A DNA stretch of 63,165 nucleotides, filler included. It is 15 parts of 15 records of this genome, joined end to end, with 100 filler letters (N's around TTAATTAATTAA, not from the genome) between each part and the next. Parts side by side here need not be neighbours in the genome. Positions count along the whole stretch, not along the records: positions 1 to 3,119 come from SRR7504441_88489; positions 3,220 to 6,510 come from SRR7504441_88709; positions 6,611 to 10,297 come from SRR7504441_88719; positions 10,398 to 14,080 come from SRR7504441_88814; 11 more parts are not named here. The stretch is one strand, 5' to 3'. Below the pieces are notes generated by a model. That model was not told where the DNA came from, ran no database searches, and worked only from the letters and a program-made list of their open reading frames with translations. Positions 1 to 11,149 of the stretch are shown piece by piece. The translations under genes and the position numbers were made by a program. The number at the start of each line of letters is the position of its first letter. Position 1 is the first letter of the stretch.

Positions 1-446
1 AGTGTCGATGTCTTCATCGTCTACGTCATCTGAATCTTGCCGTGGGTTGGAGCTTGCTGTGTCCTGGACCGACCGGACGCAGCTGCGGTGCTGTTCACGA
101 TTTCGTGATGGCGCATCGATGTTCCCCGGCCGCTTGCGTCACGTCGTGGTCCAGAACAGGACGCTGTGGATCGGCGACCACAACGTGACCGATGTACGAC
201 AACGGGCACATTCGCAGCGACAATTCTCGTCATGAAATTTCCTGTGTGGACTATCAAGACCGAAGATATCAAGACACTTTCCTCGGTCATCTTTGGTTCA
301 CACTTCAATGATTGTGTCGGATACGATCCACATGTTTCGATGTTTACGTACATGTGCTCTACAGTACAGCTCTTGGTACCGTGACATGGTCTGAGCTGGC
401 GAGACGTATGTCATGACAACAACAGCGAGACGTTGGGCCAGCTGCA

Positions 447-1158
447 ATGGAAGACGACAATCAGCTCAAGGAGGTGCGCTACCCCAGCGGGGGCGCCGGG
501 GAGCGGGGGACAGCTCTACATCGAAGCAGCCCGGCGGAAGCGGCAGCAGCGCCGCCGCCGGACCGAGGGCCTCCTCCGGCTGGAGACCGGATGGCGGCCT
601 GAAGTGCAGGCAGCGCTCGGAGAGTTGCACCGTCGGGTCTGCAGGCGGCCGTGGCGGGAGCTGCAAGCCTCAATCGCCATCGCGCAGGTGCTCAGGCCGC
701 GGGCCCAGCAGCGGCCAGCGGGCGGGCAGACGCGGTTTCCAGAGCCGTTGGAAGAGTGCGCGGCGGCAGGCCGCTGGTTAGATCGGGCCGACTGGATCAG
801 CTGTTTCGAGCGGCACTATCGGCTGTCGCACCGGCTGAGCCTGGAGGCGATCGCGCTGTTTGAGGACGAGCTTGGGCTAGAGGGAGGCAACTGCAGCCAG
901 CCGGAGGGCAAGCTGGATCCGCTGGATGCGTCGGACAACGAGCTTAGGGCGGCTTCGGGGCTGGAGCGGGTGGGCGGGGCCCGGGAGAGGGGCCAGGCGG
1001 TGGAGATGTGCGGGGTGCCAGTGCTGGGGGAGGATCCGGGCTGGGGGGATAGGGTTCAGAGGGAGGGGTGCGCGGGGGAGGATCCGGGGCCATTATGTCG
1101 GGCGGTGGGGCCTGAGGGGCCGAGACGGAGCGGCTGGGACAACAGCAACCGGATGTGA
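447..1158 (+). CDS. Hypothetical protein, 2 exons (intron 474-513)
   Basis: ATG at 447 (MEDDNQLKE) joins the 433..1158 ORF frame (LYIEAARR...) via a 40-nt GT-AG intron. No family recognised. Confidence 0.5.
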
Positions 1159-1612
1159 CCTCTTAGTACTACTTAGTACATGTACACATACCTCTTGAAC
1201 TGGCATTACGCACATTCAACGAAGCTGTTGAACTATAATTGTCTAGAGCGAGCCACGATTGATCATTATTAATATTAATTACATGTAACCGCCAGCACCT
1301 GCTCTAGCGAGCTGCTTGGCGACAGCCTAGAGTTTGAGTTGTATTATGAGGTTTCTGAATTGGGCGTACACGCAAACCTACCGTATTTCAAATAATCATG
1401 ATAATGTGCTTCATCTAACCTTTATTGAGGAACTTATACCACTAAAAAAAGCACAAGTACATACATATAGAATTACGAGTAGGAAAAGTGAACATTAACT
1501 CAAACAAGGCCGCTTGGGGTGTGCAGGGCGAGGTCCATCCTACAGGTACACAACGGAGAAATCATGTGCACATCAGCTACTTTTGCACGTAGAAGATGAT
1601 ATCATGCATCCT

Positions 1613-3119
1613 CTAGGGGACATTGGCAAGGAATGCATGATTCAAAAGCTCAACTGCATCTGCTCGATTGTTGGGATCGACGTCCAAGGCCCGCTTGATG
1701 AAGTCAGTTGCGTCAGCAGTCAAACGTCGAGTGGCCTCATCTTGGTCCAACGCATTCCGGATCTCAACATTGGTGACAAATGGCAAGGCCTTAACCGCAA
1801 ACAGCGCGAGGTGTACAATGTGCGTACCTGGAATCCGGTAGGTCTTTCCCCCGACTCTTTTCTGTGTTAATGGGAAGCACCTTCCTGTTAAGAGTTTGTA
1901 CGCAGTGGTTCCAAACCCCCAGATATCGGCGGCATACAGAGGGAACGGATCAGTTGGATTGTTATGATTGTTATTACCTTCATTTCGTGGTAACTCGGGT
2001 GGCATGTGAACGTTATAAGGCATTCTGCGTTTCTGTCCAATGAGAACCTTGTCTCCCTCTTCGGGTGGTGATGTTACTGCCGAGAGACCGGTCAATTTCC
2101 ACTGACGGTCAGGGACTGGATAGTCAACTGAACCGGTTCGAGGTGAACGTCTGCCAATACCGAAGTACTGACAATGTACTGACAGTGGATTGTTGCACAC
2201 TGATCGAGCCATACCGAAGTCGATTAGTTTGACCGCATCCAGCTGAGCCGTAGTGAACATCCAGTTCTTGAGGTGCCCGTCCAAATGGGCGATCCCTGCT
2301 TTATGCAGATTTTTGAGCGCCTCGAGCATCTGCTTAAGAATCGGGGCGGCCTGCTGCACATTCCAGAACACCGGCCAAATCTGTGCACGGTTGTTCTCGA
2401 CAACACAGGGAGCCGTTCCCTCCACTGCCCAGATCGCTTCCGCAAGGTCTTTGTGCAGCTTCTCCAAGACAATGTGCTTTGCCGGTGGCAGCTTGCCTGA
2501 GGGGATGGCCAATTCATCCTCAACAAGCGCACCAATAGCCTGCTGCCTGGACCTGAGCTTGGCTACCATTTCTCTTTGCACGGCCTTAAAATCTTCTGTT
2601 TTTCCCTCAACCATTTTTTCCAAACTCCTCTGAACCATTGTAGACCTGACGACGTTTGGCACCGCTTTCTCGTTCAGATAATTTAAGATGGATGCCTCCC
2701 ACCACAAGCTCCAAATGTCGGACCGCTTCTTGAGAATTGCACGAGCAGGGTTGTCTGGCCTGTACCGCCTGTGTTCGTAGACGTATACGCCTACCTTGTA
2801 TACCCAGGTGGTAGGTAGACCAATCAATCCATTGTCAAAGAGCTTGTCATTGTTTTTGTCATATTTAACCATGTAGTTGCAGCCGAGCTTCCTACCTCCC
2901 TCTTCGAATTTGCACATCTGAGAGACACCCATGTGCACTTGGAGCAGCTCCGATGACTGGACCAGCGCACTCTCGAATGGACCCACCTGCGCCATCCGCC
3001 CTGATTCAGGGGCAATGTGGTCTGCTCTACGCACCTGGGCGGGCAGCAGCCGATTCTCTAGCGGTGCCCCCCGCCGGGTGGGCACTTGGACCAGCTTGAC
3101 CCCGGCTGGGGCACGACGA
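1613..3119 (-). CDS. Ser/Thr protein kinase-like protein (intronless, possibly 5'-truncated)
   Basis: Kinase subdomains IVLE, HLDGHLKN, KLIDFG, HMPPE, ADIWGFG and R..A.ELLNHAFL. The frame stays open to the contig edge. Confidence 0.85.
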
Positions 3120-3219
3120 NNNNNNNNNNNNNNNNNNNNNNNNNNNNNNNNNNNNNNNNNNNNTTAATTAATTAANNNNNNNNNNNNNNNNNNNNNNNNN
3201 NNNNNNNNNNNNNNNNNNN
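3120..3219. other. Artificial contig spacer N-TTAATTAATTAA-N, 100 nt. Also at 6511, 10298, 14081, 18184, 24524, 30083, 34810, 38331, 43048, 48021, 52816, 56394, 59701
   Basis: Identical layout 14 times. TTAATTAATTAA puts stop codons in all six frames. Confidence 0.98.
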
Positions 3220-3628
3220 GCCACCGCCCGGTCCCGGCAGCTCTGAATCAGCGCCCTGATCTGCTCATTCTGCCCATCCGCCGCGCCGCTCCAAGCCGCC
3301 AGCAAGCTATTCATTAGACCCATGGACTGGGAGGACGAGCCGAGCACGAACTGGTGCGGGGCGTAGCCCACCTTGCCCAGACTGCGGCCAGCCATCACAG
3401 TCTCAGACACCCACCAGCTTGGGCGGCGCACCAGTACATCTCGGATCCCATCAGGCTGGAGGCTTTGGCTTTGCGCCACCAATTCTGGTCGTCGTCGATG
3501 CTCACGGCACCGGACGAGAGCCCGCGGCTCCTGGCCACAGCACCGCACCGCACGATGCGCAGCATTTCTGAGTCCGTTATAAATCCGGCGGCGTGCCGAG
3601 AGCGCAGCCGAGCACAGCCACTGCCGAG

Positions 3629-6307
3629 ATGGCGGCAGTCTGGGCGGCGCTGGCGGCGCTGTCGGTGGCGGCCTCGTCACCCGACCTGGTGCAGCACGCG
3701 CGGAGCGTGAGCGGGACGGCCTCACGGTTCGACTTTGGGACCGGCTCACTGCTGCCGGTGGTGGCTCGGCCGTGGGGGATGAACAACTGGGCGGCCCAGA
3801 CCAACAACTACCAGGGGGCCAGGCTGGGGCCGCTAAGCCACTGGTGGTTCCACCCGGAGGACCGCGAGTTCTACGGCTTCCGCTGCACCCACCAGGCTTC
3901 GCCCTGGATATACGATTATGGCGAGTTCCTCATTACCCCCAGCGTCGGGAAGCTAGAGCAGCGCTGGCCGGACAAGGCCAGTGCCTGGAACCGGAGCTCG
4001 GCCCAGTTCGGCCCGGACCTCACCAACCTCACCCTGCAGAGCTACTGCACTGGCCCCGAGGCCGACGGCGGCTGCCTCACCGCTGCGCTCACGGCCACTG
4101 AGCGGGCGGCCATGCTGTCGCTCCGATTCCCGCCGGAGGACCGCGCGTCCGGCTGGGAGCAGACCCGGCACCTGCGCGTGCTGGTCGGCCGGAGCGGGGC
4201 CTGGCTGTTTGACAAAATCGCCGTGGGCGACGACCGCATGTCGTTCTCCGGATATACTCGAGCAAACAGCGGCGGCGTGCCTTCGGTTCTCACGCCTGTG
4301 CCCGCAGAGATCTTGGAGCAGATGGGATCGTACCAGGCAAGCTGCAACTCAGCCGCGTCCGGGTTCAACATGTCGCATACGGTCCAGCTGCAAGGACACG
4401 ACCTGAACAGCGTGAATGTGACTCGAGGCCAGGACCCGATCGCAGCCTGCGTGTCGAGCTGTGCCGAGCAGCCGGGCTGTGCGGCATTTGTGGTTCAAAT
4501 GCGTCGACCCACCGATCCGTTGGACACGCTTGACGTGTGCATGCTCAAGTCTGCTGCCGAGATGGCCTCAGATCCGGAGGCACTCGATGGTACAACAGTC
4601 TCTGCATGGAATGCGAGCTCACCAATGCTGGCACAGCGGCCCAAGTTCGCGCACTATTTCTACGCCGAGGTGGACGCTCCAATCGCGGGCCACCAAGTCA
4701 AACAGGTGAGCGACAGTATGTATGTGCTCGGGCTGGAAGGCGTATTCTCCTTCAATGCTTCAGTGACTAACCTGAATCTGAAGATTGGAACTTCGTTCAT
4801 TTCGATAGAGCAAGCCAAACAAAATCTGCACAGAGAGGTGCCGCCAGGTTGCACGTTCGAGCAGCTGAGAAGCGAGAACCGTGAGAGCTGGAACAGCCTG
4901 TTTCGTAAGTCCCAACTGGTCGACAGCGGGAACCGCACAACGGAGGGCGGGCTGAGAGATCTCGGAACCTGGTACACGAACTTGTACCGCTCGAGCATAT
5001 TTCCTCGGATGCTGTATGAGCTCGACAGCCAGCAGCAGCCGATTCATTACTCTCCGTACACGGGCGAAATCCATCCAGGTAGGCTGTCATCCGACTCTGG
5101 CTTTTGGGATGCTTACAGGACGGTTTATCCCTTGAATTCTGTGATCCGAGCCGATCAGATGGCAATTCAGATGGAAGGTTGGATGAACGCCTACAAGGAG
5201 AGCGGCAATATACCTGGCTGGGCGTCACCTGGCAGCCGAGGCGCAATGACCGGACAGATGCAGGACGCATCGGTTGCTGACGCCATCGTTAAGGGCTTGC
5301 CCGGCTTTGAGCCTCCAGAGCTGGCATACCAAGCTATCTTGCAAGACGCGCAGGACACAGCCCGTACCGGCCGCAAGGGCCTTTCAGACTACTTGAGGCT
5401 CGGGTACTTGCCCACTGGGAAAGGCTACCAGGACGAGGTATCGGCCACTCTGAATTACGCGCTTGCAGACTACAGCATGTCGCTCGCCGCTAGCCACCTC
5501 GGAGACACTGCGAACGCCTCCGTGCTGGCTGCTCGGGCTGCTACGGCTTGGAGTTTGCTTTGGGATGGGAGCGTGCGGGGTGGCTTCTTCCGGTCCAAAA
5601 GCGAGAGCGGACAGTTCGACGAGCCATTCGACGAGTTTGCATGGGCCGGGCCGTACACAGAAGCCGCTGCATGGCAATACCGCTTCTACGTGCCCTTTGA
5701 TCCAATCGGCCTATCCAAAGCGTACCAATCAGCTGGTGGATCGATGTGTGAATACCTCCATCAGACCATGACTGGGAAGCGATCCAACGGAACAGGCGGG
5801 CCCGGGAGCACCTTCCATAACGGCGCGTGGGGGCTTCATCACGAGCAGACAGAGATGGTCGAGAGCTGCTTCGGGCAGTACGAGCACAATAACCAACCGG
5901 TTTGGCATATCCCGTGGATGTTCGCACCTGCAGGCTGTTCTTCGGCGGGACAATACTGGCTGCGGCAGATCACAAGCCGGCTCTACTCGCCAGTATTCTT
6001 TTCGGGCGACGAGGACAACGGCTCGATGAGCAGCTGGTTCCTGCTCTCAGCGATGGGGATTTACCAGCTGGTGCCTGGCAACACTAGCTACTCGATTGGC
6101 AGCCCGCTGTACCGTCACTTGAAGCTGCAGCTGGACAACGGTAAGCTACTTGAGATCAGAGCTGTGAACAACAGCGAGAGCACTCCCTATGTGGAGAGCG
6201 TGCACTTTAATGGTGTCAAGCTAGGCGCGTTAGCCATCGAGTATGAGCAACTTCGAGCAGGTGGCATCCTCGATTTTCAGATGAGCTCCGTGCCTCATGG
6301 GCCTTGA
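3629..6307 (+). CDS. Secreted GH92 alpha-mannosidase with an inserted PAN/Apple-like module
   Basis: Signal peptide; GH92 motifs PWGMNNW, GFRCTHQASPWIYDYG, DSGFWDAYRT, YTEAAAWQY, QYEHNNQP and GDEDNGSMSSW. The Cys-rich insert CVSSCAEQPGCAAFV...CMLKS is PAN-like. Intronless. Confidence 0.92.
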   Translation: MAAVWAALAALSVAASSPDLVQHARSVSGTASRFDFGTGSLLPVVARPWGMNNWAAQTNNYQGARLGPLSHWWFHPEDREFYGFRCTHQASPWIYDYGEFLITPSVGKLEQRWPDKASAWNRSSAQFGPDLTNLTLQSYCTGPEADGGCLTAALTATERAAMLSLRFPPEDRASGWEQTRHLRVLVGRSGAWLFDKIAVGDDRMSFSGYTRANSGGVPSVLTPVPAEILEQMGSYQASCNSAASGFNMSHTVQLQGHDLNSVNVTRGQDPIAACVSSCAEQPGCAAFVVQMRRPTDPLDTLDVCMLKSAAEMASDPEALDGTTVSAWNASSPMLAQRPKFAHYFYAEVDAPIAGHQVKQVSDSMYVLGLEGVFSFNASVTNLNLKIGTSFISIEQAKQNLHREVPPGCTFEQLRSENRESWNSLFRKSQLVDSGNRTTEGGLRDLGTWYTNLYRSSIFPRMLYELDSQQQPIHYSPYTGEIHPGRLSSDSGFWDAYRTVYPLNSVIRADQMAIQMEGWMNAYKESGNIPGWASPGSRGAMTGQMQDASVADAIVKGLPGFEPPELAYQAILQDAQDTARTGRKGLSDYLRLGYLPTGKGYQDEVSATLNYALADYSMSLAASHLGDTANASVLAARAATAWSLLWDGSVRGGFFRSKSESGQFDEPFDEFAWAGPYTEAAAWQYRFYVPFDPIGLSKAYQSAGGSMCEYLHQTMTGKRSNGTGGPGSTFHNGAWGLHHEQTEMVESCFGQYEHNNQPVWHIPWMFAPAGCSSAGQYWLRQITSRLYSPVFFSGDEDNGSMSSWFLLSAMGIYQLVPGNTSYSIGSPLYRHLKLQLDNGKLLEIRAVNNSESTPYVESVHFNGVKLGALAIEYEQLRAGGILDFQMSSVPHGP

Positions 6308-6780
6308 AGTACAGTACCTCTTACTTAGTATACCGCTTGTACCTCAAGTGAAGTGATTGATTTAGTTGTGCAATCAAGATATATGTATAGACATGCGTAC
6401 AGTTGGCCCTCCCTGGTGGAAGAATTAAACCCCATATGTGTGTGATCCGACCGCGCTACAACGGACAACCGCGCTACAAAGACGACAGGCAGCTCGCGCT
6501 CATCGTGCGTNNNNNNNNNNNNNNNNNNNNNNNNNNNNNNNNNNNNNNNNNNNNTTAATTAATTAANNNNNNNNNNNNNNNNNNNNNNNNNNNNNNNNNN
6601 NNNNNNNNNNGATTTGCGTGCAATGGCAAGGCGGCCTGCGGAGCAGATGGCGTGGTAGGGCAGGTGCCGGCCTGATCTGGGGATGCCGGGGATGGAAATC
6701 GTGTAGATCAAGCATGATATGAACCTAGCATGGTACTTATGAATACTTTAGCCGGTAGTATTATCAAGTACCTTAAGGTA

Positions 6781-8697
6781 TCATTTGGGACGTAATGCAT
6801 ACAACAGCCGCTTCACGTGTCCGCGCTTGACACCAATCTGGACCAATTCCTCTTTGGACAATTGAGCCAGTGCTTCAAGATCGTCGAAGCCGTTCTGGAT
6901 CAACAGCGTGTGGTAGCCTTTGGAAACCATTTTGGGTCCGATCAATTTCTTGAGCTGAGCTTGAAACGTCTTTGGCGCGCCTTGCGTACTTGAACTGCTA
7001 GCACCCGCTTCATCGGCCGGCATGCCCCATCCCCACATCTCCTGGAAGTGCTTTGGCTGTGTCTTTAACCGATATTCCTCCGGCTCCATCCGCACAGCTC
7101 GGTCAGTGTTGACCCCCGAGCCGCCGCATTTGTACTCTCGATACCGCAGGGCAGCATTGTTTATTCGAGGCACCAGGTTGCAAAATAGCCACGAGTTGGT
7201 GGCCGGTATTCCGTGCTGAGGCTGCGTCTTCCAGTCCAGACCGCCGAGGAAGTCTGCTGGGGGCTCTGCGAGCAGAGGCTTGTCGCACTCCAGGAGTGTG
7301 CCGAGCACAGGATCCTTTTTGTTCCAGTACCAGCGGTCCCTCATATAGTAGATCTGGCAATAGTGGAGGAAGACTGGAGGGGCGTCACTCCGCACCAAAA
7401 AGTCTTGCAGATGGCAGGCGCCTTTGTGCGAGAGTGTTGTGCTGCTTTTAGACTTTGACTCGAACATCCCGTTATTCGACAGCAATCGTTGAATCAGAGG
7501 CCAGCCCTCGCCCGAAATGTCGCCACGGGACACCATGTAATGATCGAGCCGCGTGGCGCTAATTTTATGATAGAGAGCAGCGGTCGAGTAGGAGAGCTGT
7601 TCGGCAAGCAAGTCACCCATCTTGCGCTTGTGGTCATAGGTCCTCTGATACTCTTTCACAGTGAACAGAAACCATGTCGGCACCATCATCCGAAGGTCCT
7701 CCCTGTGTATAAACCAGGGAGGCCCGAGCGAGTACTTGCCCCATGCATCCTTAAAGCTGAGCTGATCACACGCCTCCGGATCGCCGCTGTCCGGACCATG
7801 CTGGCAGATCCCCGAGTGCGCGGACAGGTACACCAGCCGGCCAATCCCGTAGTACTGCCCGACCATCTTGCCGCGCGCGACTGTGTCCGAGTCCGGGCCG
7901 AGCGGCGGCCTCTTTGCCCGATATTCCTCTGGCGGAACATGAAACCTTTCAGCCAGCTCGTGGAAAGCGGGTTCCAGATCGTACTCAGTCTGTAGCCTGG
8001 GCAGATCCTGCACCTCCCGCTTGGGCCCGATGCTCGTGCTCAGCGGCCGGAGGAATACAAAGTCGGGGTCCAAGATCGCCACCACGTCCTCGTCCACCTG
8101 CGCCTGCTCCAGCCAGTGCCGGATCCCGAGCGGCCGGTTGAGCACCCGATACCTGTCCGGAGTATCCTTCTGGATCAGGATCTTATCGTAAAACCCGAAA
8201 TCGTCCGGGTCATCATACGGATCCGGTGCGAAGTGCGCCCTGGCGTTAGGGTACATGTGGTTGAGCTCCTGCCGCACTTGGGCGCGATAAGCCGGCTCCT
8301 GCTTGCAGCCGCACACGATCTGGGTGATCGGGGCGGTCTCGCCCACCTCGCGGGCAGAGTTGAGCAGCACTTTGGCCTGCCAGTTGTTCCGCAGCTCGCA
8401 GTCGGTGGTGAAGATGATGTGCATCTCATCGTTCGCCGCCGCTGTCGGTTTGTCCGACGACAGCACCGCCGCTGTTGGTTTGTCTGACAGCGCCGCGGCT
8501 GATTCCTGCTTGGCTGCGACTGCCTCCCATGCCGCGACCGCGGGCGCGTGTGCGCTCTGAGAGATGACCGCGGGCGGCCGGCAGCTGCTGAGCAGGAAGA
8601 CCACCAGCCCCCCGAAGCATCCGCCGGCCACGAATATCACCGGTCGGGTCGCCTGCCGGGCGAGCCCGCGGAGGCTCCTGCCCGCCAGCGACTTCAT
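6781..8697 (-). CDS. Peptidyl-serine galactosyltransferase / Hyp-arabinosyltransferase-like glycosyltransferase with C-terminal SAM domain
   Basis: Type II TM anchor; IIFTTDC...WQ, NRPLGIRHWL, ILDPDFVFLRP (DxD), FLHYCQ. The C-terminal NGFDDLEALAQLSKEELVQIGVKRGHVKRLL is SAM-like. Confidence 0.8.
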   Translation of the reverse strand: MKSLAGRSLRGLARQATRPVIFVAGGCFGGLVVFLLSSCRPPAVISQSAHAPAVAAWEAVAAKQESAAALSDKPTAAVLSSDKPTAAANDEMHIIFTTDCELRNNWQAKVLLNSAREVGETAPITQIVCGCKQEPAYRAQVRQELNHMYPNARAHFAPDPYDDPDDFGFYDKILIQKDTPDRYRVLNRPLGIRHWLEQAQVDEDVVAILDPDFVFLRPLSTSIGPKREVQDLPRLQTEYDLEPAFHELAERFHVPPEEYRAKRPPLGPDSDTVARGKMVGQYYGIGRLVYLSAHSGICQHGPDSGDPEACDQLSFKDAWGKYSLGPPWFIHREDLRMMVPTWFLFTVKEYQRTYDHKRKMGDLLAEQLSYSTAALYHKISATRLDHYMVSRGDISGEGWPLIQRLLSNNGMFESKSKSSTTLSHKGACHLQDFLVRSDAPPVFLHYCQIYYMRDRWYWNKKDPVLGTLLECDKPLLAEPPADFLGGLDWKTQPQHGIPATNSWLFCNLVPRINNAALRYREYKCGGSGVNTDRAVRMEPEEYRLKTQPKHFQEMWGWGMPADEAGASSSSTQGAPKTFQAQLKKLIGPKMVSKGYHTLLIQNGFDDLEALAQLSKEELVQIGVKRGHVKRLLYALRPK

Positions 8698-8781
8698 CGG
8701 CCCTGCCCGACTGCCCGGCTCCGAATGAAAGCTTCGGCGACGAGCCGGAGATCAAACGGAATCAGCTCATCATAGCGAAAC

Positions 8782-9720
8782 ATGCGGCATCGGCTGAGCC
8801 ACCAGGCGGGATCGTTGGCGAGGCTTGGGCGCCGGTGGCTGCACGACGAGTTCCGGTACGACCTCAACGCGGCGGAGGAGGTGAGCCGTGTGTCGGCGGC
8901 GGCGGAGGGGATGGCTCGGGATGGGTTCTGGATTGAGCGCGGTCTGCTGAGCTCCGCCGAGGTGCAGTTAGTCCAGCAGGCGCTCGAGCAGGACACGGCG
9001 CTCACCGAGCACCAGTACGACCTGAACGACGCGGCGGGCGGGAGCACCAAGCTCACGCTGTGGAGCAACCCCGGGGAAGGCACCCTGGGCAACTTCACTC
9101 AGAGCCGGCGGGTTTTGAGTCGGATGCGGGCGATGCTGGGCGGAGAGGTGGCGCACTACCACTCGAAGGTGCTGATGAAGCCGCCGGGCCAGGGCGGGGT
9201 GTGGAACTGGCACCAGGACTACGGATACTGGTACAAAGACAATTTCCTGCTCCCGAGCATGGCTACGATCTTCCTGGCGGTCGACCGATGCACCCAGCAG
9301 AACGGATGCCTGCAGGTGCTCAAGGGCTCGCACCAGCTGGGCCGGCTGGAGCACTGGTCCAAGGGCGACCAGCAGGGGGCCGACTTGGAGCGTGTGGAGC
9401 TTGCGATTGAAAGATTCGAGAGAGTCCAGTGCGAGCTCGAGCCGGGCGATGCGGTCTTCTTCAGCGCGCTCACGCTGCACTCGAGCCAAGGAAACCACTC
9501 GGAGCACCGGCGGCTGGCGCTGGCCTCGTGCTTCACCCGGGCAGACAACAAGCAATTCCGAGACCCTTACATCCCGTGCTTTGAAGTGTCGGAGGTGCCG
9601 GACGAGGCCCTGCTCAGGGACGGGCTCAAGCTGAGTGCGCACAAGTGCCTGCTCGACCCGGGCGTGGGCAAGGAGGCGGCCCGGAAGGACGAGGGCGGCC
9701 AGTACGATCTGCGCACTTGA
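8782..9720 (+). CDS. PhyH-family Fe(II)/2OG dioxygenase (L-proline hydroxylase/ectoine hydroxylase-like)
   Basis: WNWHQDYGYW (HxD), NGCLQVLKGSH, LEPGDAVFF..TLHSS..N.S..RR. The Arg-rich N-terminus resembles a mitochondrial presequence. Confidence 0.88.
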   Translation: MRHRLSHQAGSLARLGRRWLHDEFRYDLNAAEEVSRVSAAAEGMARDGFWIERGLLSSAEVQLVQQALEQDTALTEHQYDLNDAAGGSTKLTLWSNPGEGTLGNFTQSRRVLSRMRAMLGGEVAHYHSKVLMKPPGQGGVWNWHQDYGYWYKDNFLLPSMATIFLAVDRCTQQNGCLQVLKGSHQLGRLEHWSKGDQQGADLERVELAIERFERVQCELEPGDAVFFSALTLHSSQGNHSEHRRLALASCFTRADNKQFRDPYIPCFEVSEVPDEALLRDGLKLSAHKCLLDPGVGKEAARKDEGGQYDLRT

Positions 9721-10397
9721 GCCGGGATGTGCGCACGGCGTGATTTGCACTGTAGAGCTACGTATACAATTACTGATGTACAATACCTGCGAGGGTCCGG
9801 CTATACACGCCGCAGAGCCGACTCAGCGACCGACTAATCTTAAGCTAATGTGTCGATCAAACAATTTCTTTGCCATATAGTAAGTAAGTTATTTAATAAG
9901 TAGTAACATACGTGCAACAGTATGCGGCCGGCAGACCCGCAGTTGGGCTGCTGCTGTGTCGGGGGAGGGCCCGAGGAGGGCCGGCTACAGCCCATCGTCG
10001 TTCCTCTGGAACAGCCGGTGCGCCCGGCTAGCGTCGCAGATGCCAAACGCGACGGCCCGGACGCAGCGCTCTATCCTGGCCCTGGGGCTCTCCCAGAACT
10101 CGACACAGCAGGCAGCGATCTGCTCGGCCGCATAGCCCGGGCACCGGCACCGGGTCTCGTTCACCAGCGACTCGACCACCGAGCTCACCCCTGTGCAGCA
10201 CTCGAGCCACCAGCGGGCCGGCAGCGGGAGCGAGCCTGACCGGTCGGTCCGGTCAAGCGTCTCGTATTGGTCCGGCCGGGCGCGGAGCTGGACCCACNNN
10301 NNNNNNNNNNNNNNNNNNNNNNNNNNNNNNNNNNNNNNNNNTTAATTAATTAANNNNNNNNNNNNNNNNNNNNNNNNNNNNNNNNNNNNNNNNNNNN

Positions 10398-10924
10398 ATG
10401 CATCATCGATGCGTGTGGCTCAAAGAGCTACATCTGCACGGGCTCCAAGCACCACTCTGTCCAAAATCGAATCCAAAACATACTTCCAGATCAACCCCAA
10501 GAGGGCAGAAAACTCGCAACGTTTGCATGAGCTAATTCAGCGCAGGCCTATACTTGGAGAGAATATTACACTGAACAAGCCTCTGCCTGCCCCTGCATCG
10601 CATCTCTTGGCCGAAAGTCTACGGAGACGCGCACCTAAGTTGCCAACTGCTAAGTTGCTCCCCACAACCTCTCAAAGAGCTGCTCTGGCTTCCACTACAT
10701 GTAGTGACTCGGAGATGCTTGGTTGGCACATTCCTCCAGAGTTAATACCTGTAAAGGACGGGCGCAGAAGAAGTGTAGACACAGGATTTTCACAGTCATT
10801 CGTGCGTAGCTCTTCTTCTGTGCATATAGCGTCGGGCTTACAACGTGACATCCTTAACACTGCATTCAAACACCGAGCGTCAGACTCAGGGCCCAAAGAG
10901 TTCCTTTCATTTTGCAATCCCTAG
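10398..10924 (+). CDS. Hypothetical protein, 3' part
   Basis: 171-aa ORF from near the contig edge, followed by AT-rich convergent intergenic DNA. Confidence 0.4.
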
Positions 10925-11149
10925 CTATTATAGTTACAAGAGATCGATTGATTAAACGCACATCCATGAGCGACAACATGCAAGTGGACTCTAATCGTCT
11001 ATAGCTATAATCACTTATATTTGAAATTGGCCAGCAAGGACGTTGACCAAGCTTCGGTATGGGTCCAGATAATTATTGATACATGCCTAGTATCCAGCAA
11101 ATTGCGGCTGTCGACTACCATTTCCGGACTGTCGACTGTTGTTGCTTCA

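Noticed and set aside
3220-3325. Possible ankyrin-like gene start on the minus strand; other contig-edge fragments at 2-384, 9985-10297 and 34456-34809
   Set aside because: Too short or truncated to assign a frame or product.
6449-6479. ACCGCGCTACAA direct repeat x2
   Set aside because: Two copies at a contig end, with no array or spacer structure. Not CRISPR.
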